The notes: generated by a model not told the origin, from the letters alone. A DNA stretch of 64,000 bases from Bdellovibrionales bacterium (GCA_050246815.1 JBFWVI010000002.1:1-64000); one strand, 5' to 3'. Shown: positions 50,156 to 59,248, counted from the first letter of the stretch. Program-made: numbers and translations.

Positions 50156-50860
50156 ATGGCATTTATCAAGCGAAACGTACTTTTTGTTGATGACGATCCG
50201 ATGGCGCGGACGTTGATTTCGACCATGCTGACGCAGGCCGGTTATATCGTCACGTGCGTGGATGAGGGTTTTGAAGCTCTTGAGCTGCTTGAGCGCCACC
50301 CCTTTGACCTTTTGATCTTGGATATCATGATGAACAAAATGAACGGCATTGATCTGCTTAAGCGCATCAAGGCACAGCCCAAATGCAAAGATGTGCCCGT
50401 AGTGATGCTGTCCGCTCGCGATGACAAGCAGATGATCACCCGCGCGATCCAAGCGGGGGCGGCGGATTATGTGGTGAAGCCGCCACAAAGAGAATCCTTT
50501 TTAAAGAAAATCGAGAACATCCTGGGTGGTCGCCCGCGCTTTGCCGAAGTGCACATGGACAAGGAGTCGGCTAAGGGTGCCTGTGATTTTATTTTTCCGG
50601 CGCGGATTTTATCTATCGGCGAAGCCGGGATGACTTTTTTTTCGCCGATGCCACTCGAAATCAACGCCACTCAACAGATTCAAGCCGACATCTTCACTAA
50701 ACTTGGCATCAAGGCCTGCGAGTTTAAAGTGTTGCACTGCCAGCCCGAAAAGGGTGGTTATATAATCTATGTAAACTACTTAGGACATAGCGCCGAGGAA
50801 GTGCAGGCCGTGCGCGATTGGGTGATCAGCCAGGCGCTCAAGGGCCGGACGGTCGCTTAG
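50156..50860 (+). CDS. Response regulator with a degenerate PilZ-like C-terminal domain
   Basis: VLFVDDD, LDIMM, VVKP; C-terminal RPRF...SIGEAGMTF beta domain. Start moved to M73. Confidence 0.85.
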   Translation: MAFIKRNVLFVDDDPMARTLISTMLTQAGYIVTCVDEGFEALELLERHPFDLLILDIMMNKMNGIDLLKRIKAQPKCKDVPVVMLSARDDKQMITRAIQAGAADYVVKPPQRESFLKKIENILGGRPRFAEVHMDKESAKGACDFIFPARILSIGEAGMTFFSPMPLEINATQQIQADIFTKLGIKACEFKVLHCQPEKGGYIIYVNYLGHSAEEVQAVRDWVISQALKGRTVA

Positions 50861-52024
50861 TCAGCTCCAATACTTCAGCAGAAATAAAAAGCGACCCAGC
50901 CAATGCTCGTACCATTTGAGTCGGGTGAGGTCTGTCAGTTGCAACTGTCTGGATTGCTCTTGCTCGCGCAAGAATTTTTGCCGAAGCAGTTCGCGGTTAC
51001 GGGCTTGGCTGACGACCACATCGACCTCGAGGTCATGAAAAAAACTGCGGTGATTGAGGTTGGAAGACCCCACCGAGGCCCAATCATCGATCTGGCTGAT
51101 TTTTTGATGCATAAAGCTGGGCTGGAATTCAAAGACGCGCACTCCTGCAAGGAGCAGTTTGCGAAAAAACGCGTAACTGAGCAGCCGGATCAGTGGCACA
51201 TCACTGGTGGCCGGCACCATCAGACGCACATCCACTCCCTTTTTTGCCAGGCGGCGCAGGCGTCGGTAAAAAGGGCGCACTGGCACGAAGTAAGGGGTTT
51301 GTAGCCAAACTTTTTCCTTGGCATGGCGAAGACGGCGCAGCTGTTCGTGTTTCATGCTTCGCCTGAGCAGGATCGAACTATTTAAAAAAAGCAGACTACC
51401 CAGCGGTTGAAAGGGGCTTTGCCACAGCTGGTGATGAAATGCCACGACAAAGGAGCGTTCCAGTCGTTTCAACTCGGGGCCGCGCACTCGCATGCCTGTG
51501 TCGATCCACGCTCGAGAGCCAACCCGGCTAGGCAGATGGACGTCCGAGACATTGCAGCTGCTGATCCAGGCCACTTGACCATCAATTAAACAAGTTTTGC
51601 GGTGGTTGCCATTATTCAATCGACGCCAGCGGCGTAAAAATTCCTCGGCGGCCTTCCACCAAGTCAGGCGACGATGTCGAAAGTGCCAGGGCCAGGCGCG
51701 AAACAAACGAACCTGAACGCCTTGCGCCGAAAGAGTATGGCCATAATCTCGCCAAAAGGCGGGCGAGCCGACCCCATCCACCAACAGCTGGACCGTGACC
51801 CCGCGAGCCACCGCAGCACTAAGGGCTCGGGTTAGGCAATCCGCCAAATGGCCGCGTTCAAAGATGTAGGTTTCAAATAGCACTGTGTGTTGAGCATGAT
51901 TTACGCCATCCAGAAGGTCGTTGAAGTAGTCGTCGTTATTAAAAAAAAGCAGCTCTTCCTGCCAGGTTTGAGGTCGAGCTTTCTTGGTCCATTTGAATTG
52001 CCGAACGCGCTTTGCGATTTCCAT
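50861..52024 (-). CDS. Cardiolipin synthase-like phospholipase D (ClsB type)
   Basis: Two HKD motifs (HRKTCLID; HQKISQID), ETYIF, TPYFVP, VGSSNL; no N-terminal TM. Start moved to MEIAK. Confidence 0.88.
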   Translation of the reverse strand: MEIAKRVRQFKWTKKARPQTWQEELLFFNNDDYFNDLLDGVNHAQHTVLFETYIFERGHLADCLTRALSAAVARGVTVQLLVDGVGSPAFWRDYGHTLSAQGVQVRLFRAWPWHFRHRRLTWWKAAEEFLRRWRRLNNGNHRKTCLIDGQVAWISSCNVSDVHLPSRVGSRAWIDTGMRVRGPELKRLERSFVVAFHHQLWQSPFQPLGSLLFLNSSILLRRSMKHEQLRRLRHAKEKVWLQTPYFVPVRPFYRRLRRLAKKGVDVRLMVPATSDVPLIRLLSYAFFRKLLLAGVRVFEFQPSFMHQKISQIDDWASVGSSNLNHRSFFHDLEVDVVVSQARNRELLRQKFLREQEQSRQLQLTDLTRLKWYEHWLGRFLFLLKYWS

Positions 52025-52075
52025 TTGTAGTGCCCCAACTCTACACCTAAAATAATCAAGTAGGGAGTCTTCACT

Positions 52076-52621
52076 GTGAGCAAAGACGTTAAAGCAAAAT
52101 CGTGGTGTTATATACCGGTCAACAAGGGCTATCGAGCTAAAATCGATGCAGAAGATTATGATCGTGTTATGCAGCACACATGGCGCGTTATTCGCAAGGA
52201 CTCCGGACGCCTGAAGGTGGTCACCAATATCATGACCAACAAGGGAAACCGACAAGTTTCCTTGGGGCAGTTTCTGATGAATCCACCCAAAGGGAAAATG
52301 GTTTACCCGCGCCGTTTTATGGATGGCTTGGATTACCGCAAATCCAATTTAATCGTGTGCACGATGAAAGAGCGGCAAAGGATTTTACCGAAAAGCCGCC
52401 ATCACGGGTCGTCGCGTTTCAAGGGCGTTTCTTACATTCAAAGCCTGAAACGTTGGCGCGCCAGCATCAAAGTGAATGGTAAATCCATCAGTCTTGGTGT
52501 TTACGAATCTGAATTCGAGGCCGCCGATGCTTACAATCGCGCCGCGCGCGAGCACTTTGGCGATATGGCCTACCAAAATCCTTTGCGGGCCCTGCCCAAG
52601 TTACGTCGGGAAAGCGAATGA
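52076..52621 (+). CDS. AP2-domain protein with degenerate HNH-like N-terminal domain
   Basis: AKIDAEDY, LDYRKSNL, SSRFKGVS..RWRASI..LG.Y.SE.EAA.AYNRAA..HFG; GGGAG RBS. Confidence 0.85.
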   Translation: MSKDVKAKSWCYIPVNKGYRAKIDAEDYDRVMQHTWRVIRKDSGRLKVVTNIMTNKGNRQVSLGQFLMNPPKGKMVYPRRFMDGLDYRKSNLIVCTMKERQRILPKSRHHGSSRFKGVSYIQSLKRWRASIKVNGKSISLGVYESEFEAADAYNRAAREHFGDMAYQNPLRALPKLRRESE

Positions 52622-52983
52622 GCAAAACCGTAGCCATTTTGGGGGCCAGCCCCGACACTGAACGGTTCGCCAACAAGGCGATGAAAAAGTTGGAGGCCTT
52701 TGGTCACAAAACAGTTCTGGTCAATCCGGCTTATCAAGAAATCGACAGCCGCCAGGTTCACTCTTCTTTGTCGGATATCCACCAGCCTATCGACACGCTG
52801 ACGATGTACGTGGGGCCGCAGATTTCTTCGACTATGATAGAGGAAATTTTGGATTTGCGGCCGCAGCGAGTGATTTTCAATCCAGGTTCAGAATCGCCAA
52901 GCGTTATCAAAGCGCTTGAGGAAAATCGAATCAACTATGTCAAAGCTTGCACCCTTGTCATGCTGGACACGGGTGCCTTCTAA
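52618..52983 (+). CDS. CoA-binding protein
   Basis: VAILGAS, VNP, IDTLTMYV, RVIFNPGSE, ACTLVML. Confidence 0.92.
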   Translation: MSKTVAILGASPDTERFANKAMKKLEAFGHKTVLVNPAYQEIDSRQVHSSLSDIHQPIDTLTMYVGPQISSTMIEEILDLRPQRVIFNPGSESPSVIKALEENRINYVKACTLVMLDTGAF

Positions 52984-52985
52984 AC

Positions 52986-54146
52986 TTATTGAGCGATCAC
53001 GCGAACGGCTGGAGTCACCGTGCGGCCCAAAGTGGCTGAAATCGACACGGCTTGAACTTCATAGATGTCGCCCACTTGAAGTCCTGTGATCGTGATCGAG
53101 TGATTGGTTCGAAGCACGTTGTCGCTGGTGGTCAGCATTTGTACGTCAGTGGCGGTGTTGCGGTAAACCACTTGATCCGTGGCCGGAATATCGGTTTGCC
53201 AGCTGACCACCATGCTGCCTTCAATGGAACCGTAGTTCACACTGAGTTCAGTGACCTGTGGCGCTTGCCCGTCTTCGTAACAGGGATTGTAGTCCGTACC
53301 TTGAGGCAGTCGCCAGTTTTCGGCGCGCAAAGGCTTCCAGCCGCGAGCCAGCAGATCGTTATACGCTTGTTGCGGTTTTGAGTTGTTGTTGTAGTCGAAG
53401 TACATTTCATTGCCCGCTTTACCACATTGAGGATCTTTGCCGGGCATGGTACCTGAGGCGACTTTGCGCCACATCGGAACCAGAGCAATGTGGTAGCGTG
53501 GACCTTGATAATAATCGATACGTGAGGCAATTCGCGTGTCGCGCTTTAAGTCCACGATTTGGCCACAGCCGAATCGAGTGGGGTGATCGCCATCGTTACT
53601 CACCAAAGCAGAATTGGCGTCGTCTGTGGTATTGGTCCAGATCACGCCGTCATCAGACAGCATCGCCAATTCATAGAGTCCTTCGGGTTCATCTGCGGCC
53701 AGTCCAAAAGAGCCGGTCATACGCAAAGCGAAGTATTCGAAAAGATCTGCTCCTTCATCCGTTTTGACGACGCCGCCGGTTTCAAGCGGAAAACCCACGT
53801 TGAACAATCGCGTGGGCACATCCACGTTCGAGAAAAACAGATTTTTGCCGGACGCCTTACCGTTGCTGATCATATCCCCAACATTTTTATAATGGGGCTG
53901 GCCCGCCGTAAGATAGAAAAGCGAGGCTTGCAGGCCGCCATCTAAGGTGGTGTTTTCGTTTTGTGCGGCAAATGGATCACAGACCAATTTATTGATGGCG
54001 TATTTGTTCACGTCAAACGGGGACATCGCCTTTGTATTTGCGTCTTCTTTTGAAGTGCTTGATAAATCGTTCGTGCAAGCGATTAAACCCATGGCCCCCA
54101 GACCTATAAGAGCCGACCTTTGCAGCCTTGCGAGTTTCACAGCCAA
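52986..54146 (-). CDS. Lipoprotein with PA14 and FN3-like domains
   Basis: LIAC lipobox; FALRMTG, LSDDG, NDGDH, DYYQGP (PA14); VSWQTD...HSITITGL..G..Y (FN3-like). Confidence 0.8.
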   Translation of the reverse strand: MAVKLARLQRSALIGLGAMGLIACTNDLSSTSKEDANTKAMSPFDVNKYAINKLVCDPFAAQNENTTLDGGLQASLFYLTAGQPHYKNVGDMISNGKASGKNLFFSNVDVPTRLFNVGFPLETGGVVKTDEGADLFEYFALRMTGSFGLAADEPEGLYELAMLSDDGVIWTNTTDDANSALVSNDGDHPTRFGCGQIVDLKRDTRIASRIDYYQGPRYHIALVPMWRKVASGTMPGKDPQCGKAGNEMYFDYNNNSKPQQAYNDLLARGWKPLRAENWRLPQGTDYNPCYEDGQAPQVTELSVNYGSIEGSMVVSWQTDIPATDQVVYRNTATDVQMLTTSDNVLRTNHSITITGLQVGDIYEVQAVSISATLGRTVTPAVRVIAQ

Positions 54147-54290
54147 CCTCCAACCTTGATAAATCTAGGTTACGGGTGTGTGGGGGCCGCGTCAAAAAAA
54201 CCGGTGCACCCGCTCATCTTCGGACACTGAGGATTTGACACTTTTACGAGCATTCTCGAATTCATTCGAAAAGCGTCAAAACTTTCGACG

Positions 54291-55244
54291 TTATTTTTGA
54301 AATTGGAATTGAGCGGCCCGGGTCAAGCGATCGACCACGGCTGCCCATTCGGGAGCCTGCCATTCGTGTCCGGCCCAATACACAATAAGGCCCTGGGGGT
54401 TCTGACTCAGCAAATGCAGCTGGTGGTAAAGCTCACGCGCAGCCACGGGGGCTTCGGCCGAGAGATTTAACTTATATATGAGGTCGCTTGAAGCCAGCTG
54501 ATATTGTTGTTTCAAAGTGAGACGGCTTTTTTCGTCATCTGGTCCGTGCACGATCACCAGCGGCAGGCGTGGTTGATAGTGCTGTTCTAAATGTCCCGGG
54601 GAAGCCTGCGAAACCGCACGGGTGATTTGAATTTGCGGAAAATCTTTTTTCAAGGTGGCGGCCAGATGCTGCTCGCTGACTGAGCCGGGGCGCAAAACTT
54701 CAAGACGTGTGGGCGTTGTCAGGCGCACCACTGTGGATTCGACCCCCACTTTGCAGGGGCCGCCATCCACCACTGGCACTTGGTCGTTGAATTCATGGCG
54801 TACATGCTCGCTGCGTGAAGGACTGGTGCGACCGAATCGATTGGCGCTGGGGGCGGCAAAGGGTTCTTTTAAATGAACAAGGATCTGTTGCGCTAAAGGA
54901 TGGGCCGGCGCGCGTAGGCCAACGGTGTCGAGCCCCGCCGTGATCAAGGGGTCCACTTTGGAATTTTTTGGCACAACAAGGGTCAGTGGCCCTGGCCAAA
55001 ATGTTTTGGCCAGCAGATCCAGCGGGGCCGGCCATTCGGCCGCGTATTGGCGCGCTTGATGGATGTCTTGCACGTGCACAATCAAAGGATCGAACAAAGG
55101 CCGCTCTTTGGTGGTGAAAATCCGCTTAAGCGCAAGAGGTGAAGAAATCCGTGCGGCCAAACCATAAACGGTCTCGGTCGGCAGAGCGACAACTTGGTCG
55201 TCGCGCAGCAGTTGCACGGCTTGTTCAGGACTGATCGGATTCAT
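54291..55244 (-). CDS. tsaC: Threonylcarbamoyl-AMP synthase (Sua5 type)
   Basis: PTETVYGLAA, KERP.FDPLIVH, FWPGPLT, APSANRFG, GVESTV, SPG..HY.P. Confidence 0.95.
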   Translation of the reverse strand: MNPISPEQAVQLLRDDQVVALPTETVYGLAARISSPLALKRIFTTKERPLFDPLIVHVQDIHQARQYAAEWPAPLDLLAKTFWPGPLTLVVPKNSKVDPLITAGLDTVGLRAPAHPLAQQILVHLKEPFAAPSANRFGRTSPSRSEHVRHEFNDQVPVVDGGPCKVGVESTVVRLTTPTRLEVLRPGSVSEQHLAATLKKDFPQIQITRAVSQASPGHLEQHYQPRLPLVIVHGPDDEKSRLTLKQQYQLASSDLIYKLNLSAEAPVAARELYHQLHLLSQNPQGLIVYWAGHEWQAPEWAAVVDRLTRAAQFQFQK

Positions 55245-55282
55245 GCCCTAGCCTATACAACAAGTGCGCCCTAGAGGGCAGG

Positions 55283-55966
55283 CTAAAAAGGCCTCTGCAG
55301 GCCGCAGTAGGCGGTTTCAGACAATATTTTGGCCAGCCAGCGGTGATGCTTCAGGGCCGTGGTTTTCAGCGGTTGTTGCCAGCGAACAGTGGCGTAAACG
55401 GCTTCCACTTCGACTTGGCTTAGGCGGCAAAAACCTTCATCCGCAGTGGCAGGCAAAAGGTGTAAAAAACGTTCGGTCTCAAGGCGATAGGTGTCGCTTA
55501 AGATTTTGCATTTCAAGGCAAATTGGCGAGGGGTCAAGGTGATACGTTTTTGTGGCTGGATGTTATAGGCCACACTCCACACAGGTCTTAGGCGGTGAAA
55601 GGCGCAATGGACTGCATAGCTGACGTCTTGATGATGGGGGTGTCCATATTCACCCAAAATGCCGTGGGTGAAAACCGTTCGCACTTGCGAACTTATTTTT
55701 TTTAGGCGCGCACTTAAGTCCTCAACTTCAAGGCGCTGCGAGTAGCGATCCGGATAGCCCCACTGTTCGACTTGATTGATCTTGAGTGCTTTTGCCGCGG
55801 CCAGAAGTTCTTGATGGCGCTGTTGGCCTCGACCGTCGCCGTTACCGTCGGTGACGCAGATCAGGCGCCAAGGTTGGCGGCGCTCGCGTTGGATCAACCC
55901 GCCAAAGAAGATTGACTCGTCGTCGGGATGGGCCACCACAATCAAGTTGGGTTTCACTCGGGCCAT
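55283..55966 (-). CDS. PIG-L/LmbE family N-deacetylase
   Basis: VAHPDDE, VTDG, R..E, THG..GEYGHPHH. Confidence 0.9.
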   Translation of the reverse strand: MARVKPNLIVVAHPDDESIFFGGLIQRERRQPWRLICVTDGNGDGRGQQRHQELLAAAKALKINQVEQWGYPDRYSQRLEVEDLSARLKKISSQVRTVFTHGILGEYGHPHHQDVSYAVHCAFHRLRPVWSVAYNIQPQKRITLTPRQFALKCKILSDTYRLETERFLHLLPATADEGFCRLSQVEVEAVYATVRWQQPLKTTALKHHRWLAKILSETAYCGLQRPF

Positions 55967-55982
55967 AGAGTATTATCATTTC

Positions 55983-56600
55983 ATGGAACTGGTGGTTTGC
56001 AAAGACGTGGCAGAGGCCGCTCACTATGCCGATCGATGGGTCGAGCGGCAGGTCTTGACTGGACTCTTGCGTCGCCTTTACGTGCCAGCCGGCGCAACGC
56101 CCGAGGCCCTGTACGCCTTGTGGCGTGAGACCAAACCCGATTATCTGCAAGGACTTAAGTTCATTCAGATCGATGACGTGTTGACTGGCCCGAAGGCGGG
56201 GTGCTTTCGTCAATTTTTTGAAAAGGAACTTGCGCCTTGGTTGCAACAAATGTCGTGGCTGAAAGACGGTGCCGAATTGGGCGATGCCGCGATTTTGGGA
56301 TTGGGTCTGAACGGTCATGTGGCTTTTCATGAGCCAGGCCTTCCAAAATCATTTTTCAGCGGCTGCGTGTCACTCAGCCCGGTCACCTGTGAGCGTTTGC
56401 AATTGGCACCGGGCACATGGGGAGTGTCTTACGGCCTGGGGGCCTTTTTGCGTTGCCGCGAAATTCTGATGCTCGCGACGGGCGCGTCAAAACGCGAGAT
56501 CGTCCAACAGCTCCTGGAGCGGCGCGGGGAGTTTCCTGCTCTCGCACTGCGTGATCACGCGCATTTTACGCTGGTGATCGATCAGGCGGCTCAAGGCTAG
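55983..56600 (+). CDS. Glucosamine-6-phosphate deaminase-like protein (short NagB family)
   Basis: PAGATP, IQIDD, LGLGLNGHVAFHEPG, LATGASK, PA.ALRDH. Start moved to M45. Confidence 0.8.
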   Translation: MELVVCKDVAEAAHYADRWVERQVLTGLLRRLYVPAGATPEALYALWRETKPDYLQGLKFIQIDDVLTGPKAGCFRQFFEKELAPWLQQMSWLKDGAELGDAAILGLGLNGHVAFHEPGLPKSFFSGCVSLSPVTCERLQLAPGTWGVSYGLGAFLRCREILMLATGASKREIVQQLLERRGEFPALALRDHAHFTLVIDQAAQG

Positions 56601-56665
56601 CGCAGGCGCGAGGCGTCACATGTTGGCGTCTTGCTCCCGCAAAAAGAAGCGGCTAGCCTTGGGAA

Positions 56666-57300
56666 ATGTTGAGGGGAATTGGCGCAACCTTCTCTTTTTT
56701 GTTTGCTTGGTCGGTTTGGGCGCAGTCTACGCCGCCTGACTTTGGTGACTTCACTCAGTTCAGTTTGATCTTCGACGACCAGTACAACTATTCAGCGGTG
56801 AAGTTGCTGGGCGAAGATCCTTTGACGGCCTCAAGTTTTGAACGCGATCTTTCGCGCTACAGTGATTACGATTCTTTTTTGACGTATCTACAAGGGCGCG
56901 CGCCCGAATTGTTCTGGCGCCCGGTGCTGCTGCATTCAAGCGGCAGTTTGCAACTTACTCCTGCGACAAACTTAAGCAGCGGAGTCTGCAAGAGCTGTCC
57001 GCCACCCGGGTCGCGTGGTCACCGGAGGCTCGGCCCATCAGCGCGCGCAATAGCTCTGTGGGGCTGGCCCCCATCGCTCGTTGCGTGAAGTGCCATGCCA
57101 TTCCAGAAGATGGCACTGTGGCGCCGTATATCCCCTTTGAGAACACCATGCTGCTTCGTCAGTGGTTACGCCAGGGTGACAATCACGAGACCTTGCAGTT
57201 GATGGTCCGCGACGGCAAAATGCCCAGGGGCGGTCGGCTCAGCGAGATTGAAAAAGCATCGCTGCTCGAAGTGATGCAATTGCTAAAGGGCTCGCTCTAG
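56666..57300 (+). pseudogene. Disrupted exported c-type cytochrome gene (frame change near 56955)
   Basis: Frame 2 has a signal peptide and ...PVLLHSSGSLQ; frame 1 is open from at least 56941 through YSCDKLKQRSL...RCVKCH...GKMP but has no signal peptide of its own. Confidence 0.55.
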
Positions 57301-57314
57301 GCTAAATCTGGGCG

Positions 57315-57734
57315 ATGAAGAAAGCGCAAAAAAAATGGTGGAGCGAAGGTGTTCAGTTCGAGTGCCAGGGGTCGGGCAAGTGTTGCACGTCTCATGGTGA
57401 GTTCGGTTTTGTCTTTTTGACCCTAAAAGACCGGCGTCGTTTTGCGAAACACTTTAAGATGACCACGGCGGCCTTCACTACTCAGTACTGTGATCGACAG
57501 GGCGAGCACTTTCATTTGAAAGAAGACCCTAAAAATCCTGACTGCATGTTTTTAAAGGCCAAACGCTGCTCGGTCTATGAGGCGCGTCCCACCCAATGTC
57601 GCACGTGGCCCTTTTGGCCTGAAGTGATGTCGGCCAAGGCATGGAAGAAAGATGTGGCGGCATTTTGTCCGGGAGTGGGCAAGGGACCGGTCGTTCCAGC
57701 GTCTAAAATCAGAGAGGCGTTGAAGGCCAAGTAG
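57315..57734 (+). CDS. YkgJ family cysteine-cluster protein
   Basis: FECQGSGKCC, CMFL, CSVYEARPTQCRTWPFW, CPG. Confidence 0.92.
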   Translation: MKKAQKKWWSEGVQFECQGSGKCCTSHGEFGFVFLTLKDRRRFAKHFKMTTAAFTTQYCDRQGEHFHLKEDPKNPDCMFLKAKRCSVYEARPTQCRTWPFWPEVMSAKAWKKDVAAFCPGVGKGPVVPASKIREALKAK

Positions 57735-57761
57735 CGGCTTCTTTTTGCAGGAGCAGCTGCT

Positions 57762-57794
57762 AAAAAAAGAGCCAAGGTTTCGGCCTTGGCTCTT
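57762..57794 (-). terminator. Intrinsic terminator of the RRM gene
   Basis: AAGAGCCAAGG-TTTCGG-CCTTGGCTCTT stem whose A-run end reads as a U-tract on the minus strand. Confidence 0.85.
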
Positions 57795-57820
57795 ACAAAT
57801 CTCAATATTTCTAGATCGAT

Positions 57821-58150
57821 TTAGTAGCGAGGACCACGGGGGCCACCGCTGCGGGGACCGCCACGGAAACCACCGCCGCCACCACCACCGCCAGTGCGGG
57901 GTTGTTGCGGACGAGCTTCGGAAACTGTGATTTGACGGCCGCTCAATTGCGATCCGTTCAGTTTCTCGATGGCTTGGTTAGCTTCGTCATCCGAAGCCAT
58001 CTCGACAAAGCCGAAGCCTTTCGAGCGACCGGTTTCGCGATCAGTGATCACGCGAGCCGATTCAACTTGGCCAAATTGGTTGAACGCGCTTTCTAATTCA
58101 GCGTCGTCAGTTGAGTAGGGCAAATTGCCTACGTAGATTTTCTTTCCCAT
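57821..58150 (-). CDS. RRM RNA-binding protein with glycine-rich tail
   Basis: IYVGNL (RNP2), KGFGFVEM (RNP1); AGGAGG RBS. Confidence 0.96.
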   Translation of the reverse strand: MGKKIYVGNLPYSTDDAELESAFNQFGQVESARVITDRETGRSKGFGFVEMASDDEANQAIEKLNGSQLSGRQITVSEARPQQPRTGGGGGGGGFRGGPRSGGPRGPRY

Positions 58151-58421
58151 GGAACCTCCTACAGTTTATGGGGCCACTGACAAGAGGGACCGGGTCAAAA
58201 ACAAAACCGGGAACTCTGGTGGCGGTACTTGTTCTTAACCTATCATAAACGTTCCTAAACGCAAGGCGTAAATCGACTGCTAGAGCGGTTGTCAGGGCGT
58301 TAGGCTCGCTTTTTTATGGCGTCGAATATGAAAGATTTGGGAACGTTTTTACGCTATTTGCCACAGGTCTTTTGTTGATCTGTGGCAACAATTAAACAAT
58401 TTCTTAAGCAGTCTGGCGTCA

Positions 58422-59240
58422 CTAAAGAGCAAATAGATCTAGGCAAAAGCTGAAAATTTCTTCTTCCTTCGAGTCGTTGATCAGGGGGGTGACCTGCGCA
58501 ATGAAATCCACCACCATTCTCCTTAGCTTTTTAGCATCCGCGCGCGAGATGGTGATCGCCGAGGAGTAATGCAAGTCTTGATCGGTGATGGCGGTTAAAG
58601 CGCTCAAAGTGCGAACCCGCCAATTGGAGTGATGTTGACTGATTAAATCCGAGTCGTTGCCTAAATAAATTTTCTTGGTTCCAGCTTTAAAGCGAGAACC
58701 CTGTTGGGTGACAAGGCCAATGTCCGCAAGGTGGTGCAGCACTTGGTGAACGCGAGATTCTGATAACTGCAAGCGTTTGGCAATTTCTTGAGGTTGCTGG
58801 TAGTCCATGATGGTCACGATGACATGGACGGCGGCGTACTCCCAGCTGCTGTAATAGCGAACCTTGTCCTCCAGGCTCAATTTGTCGCGGGTTTTAAGGC
58901 GGGTGCGCAGGGTTTGATGGTGCTCGGAAAGTGTGTCGAGCTGCTGTTTGAAAAATGCCCTCAGGCTTGGCGTGCCGGCGCGTTCAAATTGGACTAGGCC
59001 AAGAAAGTACCGTTGCTCTTCCTCGCCCAGGGCCAATAGTTGGCCAATGCCCATGGCCTGCTCCAGACTCAAGTGGGCGTCGCCGTTCAAGACATGGCTG
59101 ATAAAAGGGGTGTTGCATTGGGCCGCCGCCGCCAGGCGCGAGCGAAAGCCCTTTTGAACCAGCAGTTTTTTTTGTTCCACAGAGCTGAGATAATCCTTGT
59201 AGCTGCGGTGAAGGAACAGAAGATCCGAGATTTCTGACAT
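58422..59240 (-). CDS. TIGR02147/DUF4423 family protein (putative regulator)
   Basis: G.RSRLA.AA.C..PFISHVLNG..HLSLEQ HTH, YYSSWEY.AVH, HHSNWR, LHYS, F.LDLF. Confidence 0.88.
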   Translation of the reverse strand: MSEISDLLFLHRSYKDYLSSVEQKKLLVQKGFRSRLAAAAQCNTPFISHVLNGDAHLSLEQAMGIGQLLALGEEEQRYFLGLVQFERAGTPSLRAFFKQQLDTLSEHHQTLRTRLKTRDKLSLEDKVRYYSSWEYAAVHVIVTIMDYQQPQEIAKRLQLSESRVHQVLHHLADIGLVTQQGSRFKAGTKKIYLGNDSDLISQHHSNWRVRTLSALTAITDQDLHYSSAITISRADAKKLRRMVVDFIAQVTPLINDSKEEEIFSFCLDLFAL

Positions 59241-59248
59241 TCTTTTAT

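Noticed and set aside
52076..52621. Prophage or active homing element
   Set aside because: No integrase, structural genes, intron or att-like repeats seen; HNH residues are degenerate.
56985..57000. CKSC in the 56666 ORF as a heme or metal site
   Set aside because: Lacks the His of CxxCH and lies after the inferred frame junction.
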